Source of the DNA: Candidatus Angelobacter sp.
GTDB taxonomy: Bacteria; Acidobacteriota; Terriglobia; Terriglobales; Acidobacteriaceae
DNA length: 64,000 bases
NCBI GenBank assembly: GCA_036521855.1
Contig: DATDGY010000085.1
Span: 87-64,086 of the forward strand
Direction of reading: 5' to 3'
Below the pieces are notes generated by a model. That model was not told the origin of the DNA, did not search any database, and worked only from the letters and a program-made list of their open reading frames with translations. The position numbers and the translations under genes are program-made. Positions 10,602 to 20,800 of this stretch are shown here, piece after piece (position 1 is the stretch's first letter; the number at the start of each line of letters is the position of its first letter).

Positions 10602-10661
10602 TCCTCGGGATCTTTCGACTCGCCCTCAGTCGCATCGCTCCCTCGGGCTCGCTCAAGATGA
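10602..10661 (+). repeat. repeat family R1, second copy
   Basis: TCCTCGGGATCTTTCGACTCGCCCTCAGTCGCATCGCTCCCTCGGGCTCGCTCAAGATGAC aligns with 8343-8402. Preceded by the perfect palindrome CCGAGGAT-GC-ATCCTCGG. Confidence 0.6.
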
Positions 10662-10711
10662 CAGTCTCTACAGTCTCTATCGATGAGATTCACAAGTGCC
10701 GCCTACCATCT

Positions 10712-11146
10712 TCAGTTTCGTGCTGCAACGAGCGCCGCGAGCCGCGTGGGAGCAATGAGCCGGTAGCTGGTATTCAGCAGTTCCCTGACCTCATCCCAAT
10801 CGACCTTGCCCCTATCCAGGCGAAGCGCGATCCAACCTTTGGAGGCGAGATACGCCGGCAAATAAAACCGCCGCGGCTGGGCTTCGGCCAGGGCAGTGTT
10901 ATCTCCGGCAAAGACCTTGCAGGTAACAGCAACGATGCCGTCGCCATGATGGTCGTTCAGGAAATACGCGAAGGTTTTCTTCCGAACCAAGAATGCAGCG
11001 TGCAACCCATGGACGCGGCGCGACGCCTCCGGCAGCACCAGAGCCATCTGCGTCACCTGGATGAGGCGCGGGTCTTCACCCAGCGACTCTTCACCCAGCG
11101 GCACTTCGCCGGTTTGCTTTGCTTTTGCTTTATTTCTCGCCGCCAT
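10712..11146 (-). CDS. MmcQ/YjbR family DNA-binding protein
   Basis: ORF 10712..11251. The C-terminal pattern FYLPAYLASKGWIALRLD...VDWDEVRELLNTSYRL is typical of YjbR-like proteins. Start placed at internal ATG 11146; the upstream extension does not look protein-like. Confidence 0.65.
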   Translation of the reverse strand: MAARNKAKAKQTGEVPLGEESLGEDPRLIQVTQMALVLPEASRRVHGLHAAFLVRKKTFAYFLNDHHGDGIVAVTCKVFAGDNTALAEAQPRRFYLPAYLASKGWIALRLDRGKVDWDEVRELLNTSYRLIAPTRLAALVAARN

Positions 11147-11308
11147 GTGTTCAACCCAACTCGCCCATTTTATTCGACCGTCGTCTCGCGTGCAGAGGGA
11201 CGGCCGGAATTCCACGACTCTCCGGGGTCGGACTGCCAGCAGAGCGTACAAAAAGGTTCGAGAAACCTAAATTCCACTTGGGATGAAGTAAATGATATCC
11301 CCACTCAT

Positions 11309-12619
11309 TCAGAACGTGAACATGTCATGCAGATCGTTGCCCAACTGATTACGGGCGTTCAGCGGAGGCAGGCCGAAAGTCTCCTGAATGAAGCGCAGGA
11401 TCGAGACGTCGTCCATCTGGACATGCGAGACGTAATTGAGCTTGGCGTAGGGCGAGATCACCAGCATGGGCACGCGCGCGCCGTAGCCCTGGGCGTTAAC
11501 TTGCGGCGGGGGCACATGGTCCCACCAGCCACCGCTCGAGTCCCAGATAACGATGATGGCGGCGCCGGCCCAAACCGGCGAGGCCTGCACCTCGCGAATC
11601 AGGCTGTCGAGCCAGGCCGTGCCCGCGGATACCGGAACACCCGCCCCGGGGTGCATATCGTGCAGCGGGCCCGGTTGCATCATCACCAGAGACGGCAGTT
11701 TCCCGGCGCCAAGATCCTTCGCGAACTGGGAGAGATCACGAACGTAGGACGAAGAGTGAGCATCGCTGAAGAATTGAAACGGGTTTTCCTGGGGAATATA
11801 CCCGTTTCCGCACTGGTTGAGATTTTCCTGATACCACGCCCAAGTAAGCCCGGCCCGCACCATCTGGTCGCCCACGTGGGGAAAGCTGTAGGGCACTTTG
11901 GCCTTGGCCTGGGTGTTGCAAGGCGGATAGAAGGGCTGGATCTCGCTGGGGTTGTTGTCGTCGTCGGCGGCCACCAGGTAAAGCTGGTTGGTGGGGGCAT
12001 CGCTCATGGCGGAGGGGAAGAAGTTGTCGGCCAGGGCGAATTGCTCCGCCCAGCTCCACAGTACGGCCATGCCCGGCGTGGTGTTGTCATAGTACCCCAT
12101 GGCCACGTCGCCATTGTAGAAGGCGTACTTGTCCATTTTGCCGTGGTCCCAGAGCTTCAGGAACGTGCTGCGGCTGTGCGACAGGTCCGCAGGCGCGGTG
12201 TTCTTCAGCAGGCTCGGGGTGATGATATTGCCTTTGGAATCCTTCTGGCTGTACCCGGGCACGTTCGGATTAATGCCGTTCACTCCCGGGAACGTTCCGA
12301 AGAGGTGATCGAACGACCGGTTCTGCATGATCACCACGATCACGTTGATGATGCTGCCCTGCGGCGTGGGAGTGGGCGTTGGGGTTGGAGTGGCAGTGGG
12401 ACTCGGCGTGGGAGTTGGAGTTGGAGTTGGAGTTGGACTCGGAGTGGGCGTTGGAGTTGCTGTCGGAGTTGGCGTCGGTGTCGGAGTTGGGGTAGGTGTG
12501 GGCGTTGGGGTTGCTGGGGGATCCGGCGGCGGAGCCTGGAGTTGGTTACTGGCGCCGCCACAGCCAAAAATCAAACTCAGGCAGAGAACGCCGAGTATGA
12601 ATTGATGGGCCCGACCCAA
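11309..12619 (-). CDS. phosphoesterase family protein (phospholipase C / AcpA acid phosphatase type), predicted lipoprotein
   Basis: ORF 11309..12763. Phosphoesterase signature [15 protein letters not shown]. Start placed at TTG 12619, preceded by GGGAGGGA. Signal peptide with lipobox LIFGC, then a (Thr-Pro)n linker. Confidence 0.8.
   Translation of the reverse strand: MGRAHQFILGVLCLSLIFGCGGASNQLQAPPPDPPATPTPTPTPTPTPTPTPTATPTPTPSPTPTPTPTPTPSPTATPTPTPTPTPQGSIINVIVVIMQNRSFDHLFGTFPGVNGINPNVPGYSQKDSKGNIITPSLLKNTAPADLSHSRSTFLKLWDHGKMDKYAFYNGDVAMGYYDNTTPGMAVLWSWAEQFALADNFFPSAMSDAPTNQLYLVAADDDNNPSEIQPFYPPCNTQAKAKVPYSFPHVGDQMVRAGLTWAWYQENLNQCGNGYIPQENPFQFFSDAHSSSYVRDLSQFAKDLGAGKLPSLVMMQPGPLHDMHPGAGVPVSAGTAWLDSLIREVQASPVWAGAAIIVIWDSSGGWWDHVPPPQVNAQGYGARVPMLVISPYAKLNYVSHVQMDDVSILRFIQETFGLPPLNARNQLGNDLHDMFTF
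12362..12532 (-). repeat. coding low-complexity tract: about 57 codons of Pro/Thr dipeptide repeats
   Basis: [57 protein letters not shown]. Degenerate 6-nt periodicity on the DNA. Confidence 0.9.
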
Positions 12620-12818
12620 GGTTCCCTCCCAGGTACTTTGAACCGAGTAGCCGGCCGCGGGGTTGGCTCGCCATCCGGCGGCCCGCAGCACCCGGAGTTT
12701 TCGCAAATGCGGCGCGGGGTGGCTGCGTCCCAGGCCGGTACGGGCGGAAATTTTTTGCAACAAATTTTCTTGCCGCTTGACACGCGGCGTTACAATCCAG
12801 AGTTACACCCCTAAAATT

Positions 12819-14192
12819 ATGGCGATTGCTCCCGCAGAACTTCCTGTAATCAAGGCTGCCGGCGGAATCTTGCTGCGCAGTACGCCTCGCGGTGAAGAAG
12901 TGATGATCGTTTACCGCAACCGTTATCAGGATTGGACGCTTCCCAAGGGAAAACTCAAAGACGGCGAATCGTTCCCGGAAGCGGCCTTGCGCGAAGTGGA
13001 AGAGGAGACGGGCTGCTCGTGCCGGCTGGGCACGTATCTGGGGGCGATCAGTTATGCCTACAACGGCGTCCCCAAGGTGGTGATGTTCTGGAAAATGGCG
13101 GTCATTGAGGAGAAGCCCGTCGAGGCCAATGAAGAGATTGGCGACGCCGCATGGATGCCCGTGGCGGCGGCGATGCAGCGCATGACCCATGCCCAGGAGA
13201 AATCGCTGCTGGCGCGCCTGGCGGGCACACCTCGGATCATGCCGCCCCAGTCCGAAGCGCCGCCGGTTGAGCGTGCGCCTGCGCTCGCACCCGAACCGGC
13301 GCCCGAGCGAAAAGCGAACGTTCCCGCACTGCCCGCGGAAATTCCCTGGCGTGGGCAGGTTCTTGGACCGCGCCAAGACTTTTCCAGCGAAGAGAGGAGC
13401 ACCCACGCTCGGTTGTCGCGAGAAATGGAGACCTTCCGGGTGGAGTTGGCTTTTCTCGAGCGGCGGAGCCAGCAGCTCGACAAGTCCTGGGTGACGGCGG
13501 CCAGCGAACACCTCAAACATGGCAAGACATGCCTGGAGGACAATGACATTGAAGGCGGCATGGAGGACCTCCACGCAGCGCGTCGATATGCGGTATTGGG
13601 ATTGAACCCGCCGGAATTGGCAGCGCGCGCCCAGGTTCTCCGCGAAGAAGCCCGCAAGATGCCTTCGTGGCGCTCCGGAGCCATCCAGAGATTGCTGGCT
13701 CTGCCCGATGAAAAGCTCACGGTGGCGCGGGTGGCCGATGCCATGGCCCTGCGCGACGAAGAACGTGTCGATCAGTACTACACGGCCAGGATCGCCGGCA
13801 GCCGGCTGCGCGTCCTGCTGTTGGTCTGCGGATTGGGCGTGGTCGTTCTCTGGCTGTTGATGTTCCTGGGCGGCTGGGTCCGCGAAGTGGCGCCGGTGCT
13901 TATCTTTGGTTTGCTGGGCGCATCCGCCTGCGCCGCGCAGTCGCTGATCCACGGAAAGAGCGAGTCCAGGGCGCCTAACCTTTATGTAATGCTCGCGCCG
14001 GTTTTGTTTGGAGAAGTAGCCAGTCTGGCCGGTTACGCCGTCCATCAGTACTTGGTCACCACATTCGACCCGGGACAACCCCATCTCAACGCCTTGTTCA
14101 CCCTGGCGTTCCTGTTTGGATGTTTGGGGCAGCTCTTGCTGGCGCGCTTCACCGGGGTTTCCCGGCAGCGGCCGGCAATACGGCCAACGTGA
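12819..14192 (+). CDS. NUDIX hydrolase domain fused to a coiled/charged linker and a C-terminal 4-TM region
   Basis: ORF 12663..14192; start placed at ATG 12819 (MAIAPAELPVIKAAGGILL). Nudix box GKLKDGESFPEAALREVEEETGC. Four hydrophobic helices in the last ~130 aa. Confidence 0.75.
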   Translation: MAIAPAELPVIKAAGGILLRSTPRGEEVMIVYRNRYQDWTLPKGKLKDGESFPEAALREVEEETGCSCRLGTYLGAISYAYNGVPKVVMFWKMAVIEEKPVEANEEIGDAAWMPVAAAMQRMTHAQEKSLLARLAGTPRIMPPQSEAPPVERAPALAPEPAPERKANVPALPAEIPWRGQVLGPRQDFSSEERSTHARLSREMETFRVELAFLERRSQQLDKSWVTAASEHLKHGKTCLEDNDIEGGMEDLHAARRYAVLGLNPPELAARAQVLREEARKMPSWRSGAIQRLLALPDEKLTVARVADAMALRDEERVDQYYTARIAGSRLRVLLLVCGLGVVVLWLLMFLGGWVREVAPVLIFGLLGASACAAQSLIHGKSESRAPNLYVMLAPVLFGEVASLAGYAVHQYLVTTFDPGQPHLNALFTLAFLFGCLGQLLLARFTGVSRQRPAIRPT

Positions 14193-15545
14193 TTGACAAG
14201 CGCCGGCCCACAGATAGAGACCACCTCGTCACAACCGCTGGCGAGGCGCTTGGGCTTGTTCGACGCCACCATGCTGGTCATGGGTGGAATCGTAGGCGCG
14301 GGCATATTTATCAATCCGCACGTCGTCGCCCAGCGCGTGCACACGCCGGCTCTGGTTCTGGGAGCGTGGCTGGCCGGCGGCGCCATCGCGTTGGCGGGCG
14401 CGTTCATCTGGGCGGAGCTGGCCGACCGCCTGCCGCGCGTCGGCGGGCAATATGCCTACCTGCGCGAATCATGGAATCCGCTGGTCGCGTTCCTTTACGG
14501 CTGGGTGCTGCTCTTGGTGATCCAGACCGGTGGTATGGCTGCAGTGACGGTTACGTTCTCCCGCTACTTCCTCGAGCTGACAGGCGTTCACGCTCCTGAG
14601 TGGCAGATGGGAATCATTACCTTGCTCGCGCTTACGCTGGTGAACTGCCTGGGCGTGCGCGAAGGCAGTGCAGTACAGAGCCTGCTGATGGTGATCAAGA
14701 TCATCGCTATCGGCCTGCTGGTCGCGGCCGGAGCGTTTCTGATCCGGGGCCACTCTGTCGCCTGGAAGCCACTGCTGGACCAGCCAGTATCGCCGACCCT
14801 GCTCTCTGCGTTCGGCGCGGCCCTGGTGCCGGTGGTATTTGCCTACGGCGGATGGCAAACCGGCGGCTTCGTCGCCGGAGAGATGACGCATCCCCGCCGC
14901 GACCTTCCCCGGGCGTTTGTGCTGGGTGTGGGAGCAGTGACCTTGCTGTATATGTCAGTGAACTACGTGTGTGTGCGGGCTTTGGGAGTGAGCGCGCTGG
15001 CCCAGACCGGGACTCCAGCTTCTGCCGTGATGCGTCTGGCCATGGGACAGCGCGGGGCCACCCTGATCGCTCTGGGCATCGCCGTGTCGACTCTGGGGTT
15101 TCTGAGCCAGAGCGTACTGACGGCGCCGCGAGTGTACTTTGCCATGGCCGAAGATCGAGTGTTCTTTCGCCAGCTCGCCTGGGTGCATCCGCGAACCCGG
15201 GTTCCGGTGATTGCCATCGTGGTGCAGAGCGTTTGGACGCTGGTGATTCTGTTGTCGGGCAGCTACGACAAGATCTTGAACTATGTCACCTCGATGGACG
15301 CTATCTTCTGGACGCTCACCGGCGGCTGCGTCTTCATTCTGCGCCGTCGCGACACCACCAGCTCGAGTTTTCGCGTGCCCGGACATCCCTTCACCACAGC
15401 GCTGTTCTGTCTGGTCTGCGCCGGAGTGGTGGCCAACACCATCTACACTGACCCGCCGCATACGCTGATTGGCATGGCCATCCTGGCCACCGGCGTGCCG
15501 GTGTACTACATTTGGAGAAGTTGGAGAAAAACAGCCCAGGCATGA
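14193..15545 (+). CDS. amino acid permease (APC superfamily)
   Basis: 450-aa, ~12-TM ORF with N-terminal APC signature LGLFDATMLVMGGIVGAGIF. TTG start directly abuts the TGA stop of the upstream gene. Confidence 0.85.
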   Translation: MTSAGPQIETTSSQPLARRLGLFDATMLVMGGIVGAGIFINPHVVAQRVHTPALVLGAWLAGGAIALAGAFIWAELADRLPRVGGQYAYLRESWNPLVAFLYGWVLLLVIQTGGMAAVTVTFSRYFLELTGVHAPEWQMGIITLLALTLVNCLGVREGSAVQSLLMVIKIIAIGLLVAAGAFLIRGHSVAWKPLLDQPVSPTLLSAFGAALVPVVFAYGGWQTGGFVAGEMTHPRRDLPRAFVLGVGAVTLLYMSVNYVCVRALGVSALAQTGTPASAVMRLAMGQRGATLIALGIAVSTLGFLSQSVLTAPRVYFAMAEDRVFFRQLAWVHPRTRVPVIAIVVQSVWTLVILLSGSYDKILNYVTSMDAIFWTLTGGCVFILRRRDTTSSSFRVPGHPFTTALFCLVCAGVVANTIYTDPPHTLIGMAILATGVPVYYIWRSWRKTAQA

Positions 15546-16663
15546 CCTCCACGCGAAGCACCGCCGGCTCGGGTTACATGCAATGGGCCAAGCTCCACTC
15601 CGGCGCCAGATTCAATCTGGCCACCAGCGGCATGGCCAACCTGCCGTTGTCCGAGCTGGGAATGAAGATCGAGCAGCTGGAGATCAACGGATCTTCCAAC
15701 AACTACGGATACGAGCCGCTGCTGGAAGCGATCGCCCGCCGCTATCGTGTGCCGCGGGAGTGCGTGGTCACCGCGATCGGTACATCACTGGCCAACTACC
15801 TTGCTCTGGCTGCCGCCACCGAGCCTGGAGACGAAGTCCTGGTGGAACAGCCGGCCTATGATCCGCTGCTGGGCGTGGCACGATACCTGGGACTCGACAT
15901 CAAGCGTTTCCAGCGCCGCCCGGAACAGAAGTTTGCCATCGATCTGGCCGATCTGGAGCGCAACCTGAGCCGGCGCTCGCGTGTGATCGTCATCTGCAAC
16001 TTGCACAACCCCAGCGGCGCCCTCACGCCGGATTCAAACCTGCGCGAGGTTGCGACACTGGCGCGCAACGCAGGAGCTTATGTCCTGGTGGATGAGGTCT
16101 ATCGCGAAATGATGTTCGAAGCCGAGCCTCACACTGCTTTTCACCTCGATCCCGAGCGCTTCCTCATCACCAACAGCCTGACCAAAGCCTATGGGTTGAG
16201 CGGGCTGCGTTGCGGATGGGTGCTGGCGCCGCCGGATTTGGCGGAGCGCATGTGGCGTATCCATGACATCCATAGTGGAACGTACTCTTATCCGGCGGAG
16301 TTTCTGAGCGTGCTGGCTTTTGACCGGCTGGCGCAGATTTCCGCGCTGATGAAGCCCATGTTGGACGAAAATCGCCGGCTGCTCCGCGAGTTCCTGGCGC
16401 GCCGCGATGATCTCGATTATTTCTGGCCTGAATACGGGACTGTGGTGTTCCCGCGTCTGAAGGCCGGCAGCGTAGACGGTCTTTGTGACCGGCTGCGCAG
16501 CGATTTTGAAACGACGGTCGTGCCCGGCCGCTTCTTCGAGTCGCCGGACCGCTTTCGCATCGGCGTAGGCATGGCAACGGAGTCGGTCGACGCATCGCTC
16601 GAACAGTTGCGACGCGGGCTGGACCGTTATCGGGCGTCTTTGCGCGCCGCGGCGCCTACATGA
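15542..16663 (+). CDS. pyridoxal-phosphate-dependent aminotransferase (class I/II)
   Basis: ORF 15512..16663. ATG 15542 overlaps the permease stop (ATGA). PLP-lysine motif NSLTKAYGLSGLRCGW. Confidence 0.85.
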   Translation: MTSTRSTAGSGYMQWAKLHSGARFNLATSGMANLPLSELGMKIEQLEINGSSNNYGYEPLLEAIARRYRVPRECVVTAIGTSLANYLALAAATEPGDEVLVEQPAYDPLLGVARYLGLDIKRFQRRPEQKFAIDLADLERNLSRRSRVIVICNLHNPSGALTPDSNLREVATLARNAGAYVLVDEVYREMMFEAEPHTAFHLDPERFLITNSLTKAYGLSGLRCGWVLAPPDLAERMWRIHDIHSGTYSYPAEFLSVLAFDRLAQISALMKPMLDENRRLLREFLARRDDLDYFWPEYGTVVFPRLKAGSVDGLCDRLRSDFETTVVPGRFFESPDRFRIGVGMATESVDASLEQLRRGLDRYRASLRAAAPT

Positions 16664-16677
16664 CAAGAAATCGCGCT

Positions 16678-17055
16678 TCAACCACGGTCCGCGCCAAACT
16701 TTCCTGCGCCGCGGCTGGCGATGAAGAGGAACAAGAAGCAATTAAGAACCGCCAGTTCGCCCTGATTCACGATGGGGAAGAAATGCTGACCCCAGCCGGC
16801 GTGGACCTTGAAGTAAGCAAACGCCATCTCGCCGCTGGCGATGAACGCCGCGAAACGGGTGAATAGGCCTAACAAAATGAGAACGCCGCACCCGAACTCG
16901 ATGATACCGGCCGCAAGCATGAGAGGCACATGGACCATCGCATGACCGCCGAAGGCGCCGAACAACTTTTGAGCCCCATGGCAAAGGTAGAGAAATCCGG
17001 AAACAATGCGCAATGCAGCGTAAGCATACGGCTCCAGGCGACTGAGGAACTTCAT
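16678..17055 (-). CDS. DoxX family membrane protein
   Basis: Start placed at ATG 17055 with AAGGAGGAAG upstream. MKFLSRLEPYAYAALRIVSGFLYLCHGAQKLFG is a typical DoxX N-terminus. Four TM helices. Confidence 0.8.
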   Translation of the reverse strand: MKFLSRLEPYAYAALRIVSGFLYLCHGAQKLFGAFGGHAMVHVPLMLAAGIIEFGCGVLILLGLFTRFAAFIASGEMAFAYFKVHAGWGQHFFPIVNQGELAVLNCFLFLFIASRGAGKFGADRG

Positions 17056-17192
17056 GGTGTCGACTTCCTCCTTCTTGAATGGATCGTGGCTGCTGAGTCT
17101 AAATGCGGGCCGGGCATCTGTCGAGGGATTCCCTGCGCCGCAAGGAGAGCAGGTGCCGGAAATCTGTTTGGTCACACCAAGGAGACGCGACT

Positions 17193-17696
17193 ATGAAATG
17201 GCTTGCGAAATGGCTGATCCTGGTGGCATTGGTTCTGGCGGGAACCGTGCTACTGGTCATCTTGATCGGAGCGCTGCTGCCGCGGAAGCACGTAGTTTCG
17301 CGCAGCGTTTCCCTTCCTCGGCAGCCCGAGGTGGTCTGGGACCTGATCACGGGCCCGCCCGCGTGGCGTCCTGACATCCAGGGATATCAGGAGTTGCCGG
17401 CCAGCAACGACCATCGCATGTGGCGGGAAACCGATCAACACGGGCAGACCATCACGTTCGAAGCCGTCGAGGTTCTGCCGCCGCGCCGCCTGGTGACACA
17501 TATCGCCGATCCCAAGCTTCCCTTCGGCGGAAGTTGGACTTACGAGATCACCCCTACAGGCACGGGCTGCTCGTTGACCATTACCGAGAACGGCGAGGTC
17601 TACAATCCGCTGTTTCGTTTCGTTTCCCGCTTCATCATCGGACATACGGCAGCGATTGACGCCTATATCAAAGCGCTGACGGCCAAGTTGGCCTGA
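17193..17696 (+). CDS. SRPBCC family protein (polyketide cyclase/dehydrase-like) with N-terminal membrane anchor
   Basis: ATG 17193 preceded by AAGGAG. TM helix, then an SRPBCC-like fold pattern (VWDLITGPPAWRPDIQ ... FRFVSRFIIGHTAAIDAYIKAL). Confidence 0.7.
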   Translation: MKWLAKWLILVALVLAGTVLLVILIGALLPRKHVVSRSVSLPRQPEVVWDLITGPPAWRPDIQGYQELPASNDHRMWRETDQHGQTITFEAVEVLPPRRLVTHIADPKLPFGGSWTYEITPTGTGCSLTITENGEVYNPLFRFVSRFIIGHTAAIDAYIKALTAKLA

Positions 17697-17764
17697 TTAC
17701 CTAAGGGTGTTATGGCGGCAGCGCAGTTCGGCCACGCAAACCTGGGAGACGAGGGCTTTCGGTC

Positions 17765-17796
17765 AAAAAAAGTCCGCCGGGACTCACCCGGCGGAC
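17765..17796 (-). terminator. Rho-independent terminator of TonB-receptor paralog 1
   Basis: Minus-strand RNA: GUCCGCCGGG-UGAGU-CCCGGCGGAC followed by U7. Confidence 0.85.
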
Positions 17797-17821
17797 GCGA
17801 AAGGAGAGGACGGCTGACGAA

Positions 17822-20800
17822 CTAGAACCTGAAAGCCCCGCCAAAGATAAGCCTGCGGGTTGCCACGTTTTGGGGAACGATGGCGACGGCGGAAACGGTA
17901 TCGCTGACGTGCGGGTTCCCGAAGCCATTGAACGCCCCGAAGTTGCCGGCATCTTCCAGGAACGGATCAACGCTCTGAAAGTTGGGATGATTGAGGACAT
18001 TGACGCACGTCGCTCGGAACTCGAACGACGCACGCTCTTTGATATTGAAGCTCTTGGAGACGGCCAGATTGCCGATGTTGGTTCGGGCATCCTGTACAAC
18101 GTTCCTGGCCGCGTTGCCAAAAGGCGTGCCGAAGATGCTTTGTGCAGTCCCGCCGTTCATGATAAAGCGCACCTGATTGCTAGTGACCGCCACCGCTGCC
18201 CCATGCTGGGTGTTAATGGCGTTAACACTGATTAACTGGCCAGGAGCCAGTGAACAACCCACGCTGAAAAGAGAACAGGCGTCGCCGGCGAAAATGCCCA
18301 CTGCTGTCTCGGGGGCGTTGAGGTTCCCGACAAAGGGACGAGCGGAATCGAAGCCGAAGTTGAAGGCGGCCAGGAAAGCACTGTCATAGAAATTGCCGGC
18401 GGCGGTGAGAGTCGCCAGTCCACTGGCCTGGACCGGTGTGTAGCGCTGTCCCGTCTGGAAGAGGTAGTTAGCGGAGATGGCCCAGCCTCCAAGTATATGA
18501 CCGACCCAGCCGTGCTGTTCCCTAAAGAACGGCAACTGCTCGCTGCCCAGCACGTAGAAGGTATTTGGGTAGTCCAGCCCGGAGAACGAATACTCACCGT
18601 GGACAGGTTGCGTGGGGTTCTGCGGAACCGCCAGGGTGTTCCCGGCGCCCAAACCGAGATTGCCTGCCGTAGAAAAGATCTCGCTCACGTTATCCGAGGT
18701 CTTGCTGTAGGTGTAACCGGTGCGCAGGGTCAGTTGATTGTATAGGCCGTTGGCGCGGAACTCGGCCTGCACGGCGTTGTAATGCGAGAAACCGTCGTTC
18801 GTGCGCTCGCGCACGACGCCGGGGCCGCAGGTCACGCGCCCCAGGTCCGTACCGGCGCCCGGTCCAATCTGTGCGGTTGCCGGGCAAGGAGTCAGGCCGG
18901 GAGGAACAAATTGCGGGAAAGCCGGCTGCAGAGCGGAGATAAAGGGGTTGCCATCCACGGTCTGGAACAGATGCAACGCGTGGTTGCCCACATACCGGAC
19001 TTCAACGGCCGAGTTCTTGGCGACTTCGCGTTGGATACCGAAGCTCCACGAACTTACCTGGTCAGGTTTGAAGTTAGGAACAATCGCCGTGTTATTGAAG
19101 ACTTGAGGATCAAACACTCCTCTCTGGAGAAACGGGCTCAACAGCGTGCGGACGTTGGGGCCGGTTGGCACGGCAGGCATCGTGATCGAGCCCACGGACG
19201 GGCCGCTGAAGGTCTGCAGAAATACCTGCGGAGAAGAGGTGGCGACGTTGAGGTAAATATTGTAGTACGGCGGATCGTAGGAAAGACGATAACCGCCGCG
19301 GATGACAGTCTTGCCGTGGCCCGTGAGCATGCCTCCGCCCTGCGGAGCCCAGGCAAAGCCCACGCTTGGACCAAAGCTGTTGTAAACGCCGGGAATGCCC
19401 GGGTTCGTGCTCACCGAGAGCGGCAGGGTCGGAGGCGCAATCCAGAGAGCAGTGGCCGGATTGAGTTGTTGCTGGACAGTCAGCGTGTGCAGGAGATCGG
19501 CGGGCTTACCGTAATAGGTCCAGGTAAGGCCCAGGTTCAAAGTCAAGCTCCGATTCACCTTCCAGTCGTCGCCGACGTAAGCGAAGGTGTCATATTCCTT
19601 GAAGCCAAGCTCAGGCACACCGTTCGCTATTTGCACGCGGTTGGGAGTGTTGGCAAAGAAAGCATTCCAATCGGTGAAGCGAAAGGTGCCATTGATGTTT
19701 GGCAGGAAGACATTGGGTGATTGCTGGTAGGTCCAGTTCACGCCGGCCTTGACCGTATGTCTGCCTAGAACGTAGTTCCAGTTGTCCTGCGCTTGCCAGG
19801 TGTTAACAACCCGCCCCTGGGGCAGGTTGTTGATCGGACCGAACCCCAGGTTGACAGCGGGGTTCGAGAAGGTGATTTGCGACAGCGCACTGGTGAGCTG
19901 GCCTACCACAGGAACGGTGTTGCCGATGGAGTTGCCACCGAATTCAACGTTCAGGCGGCCGTATGCCAGGCGCAGTTCATTGACCATGCGGGAACCGAAG
20001 TTGTGGGTCCAACTGGCCAGAACCGCCTGGGCCAAAGCGGGCTCATTGATCGGATAGCCGGCAGCCGCGCCCGAGAGGCCGGGATCGACGCTGAAGAGAT
20101 TGTTGCGGTTGAAAATGTAACGGGCCACAAAGGTGTCGTGATTCAACGTCACATCCGTTCGGGTGAAGAAGTCGTAGACGTGACGGGGCGTCGATAGTGT
20201 ACGCGTCAAGGTGCCGAATTCGGCTTGCGGACAGGCGGCGACCACTCCAGTCGTCACATTTTGCGGGACCGGATTGCCGCCTGAAATCGCGAACGGCCCG
20301 AACTTGGCCAGTGAAGCCACGGCCTGTGCGGACGCGCCGGTCGGGAAGCAGGAAGCAAGCGCCGTCAGACCCGCGGGAGTCGGCGTGATGGCGCCGCTGG
20401 GAAATGGAGTATTGGTGCTTACGAACTGCTGGTTGAAGCCGCCGGCCAGGAAAAACCTGTTCTTCACCCAGGGACCGCCCAGCGTCACTCCCGTGAATTC
20501 GTCGTTGAGGCGCGGCGGTTTGGTGAGCGGGTTTCCGTTGGCATTGACGGCGAAGTTTTTCTGGAAGTTGGTCATGGAGTTAAGGACGGAATTGTTTTCG
20601 TAGCCATAAATGCTACCGTGCCACTGGTTGCCTCCCTGTTTGGTAATCACGTTAACTACCGAACCCGCATTACGCCCATATTCCGGACCGAAGTTGTTGG
20701 TAACCAGAACGTACTGGCTGACCCACTCCGGATCGGTGACAGTCAGGCTCGGCCCGGCCACGCTATTGTCGTTGTTGTTTTGGCCGTCAATTTGCTGGTC

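Noticed and set aside
12777-12796. TTGACA and TACAAT hexamers upstream of the Nudix gene as a promoter
   Set aside because: - The two hexamers are only 8 nt apart, far from the 16-18-nt spacing needed.
- The alternative -35 candidates (TTGCCG with 15-nt spacing) are weak.
8825-12814. 1329-aa plus-strand ORF, the longest in the window
   Set aside because: - Beyond its first ~120 codons it is the codon-aligned antisense frame of three clearly real minus-strand genes (fpg/nei, yjbR-like, phosphoesterase), which all happen to share the same phase.
- In that frame, stops arise only opposite the sense codons TTA, CTA and TCA. These are evidently avoided in this GC-rich genome.
- The translated sequence is low-complexity Arg/Gly/Ala/Val-rich with no recognisable domain.
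- Only the 5' end is kept, as a low-confidence CDS.
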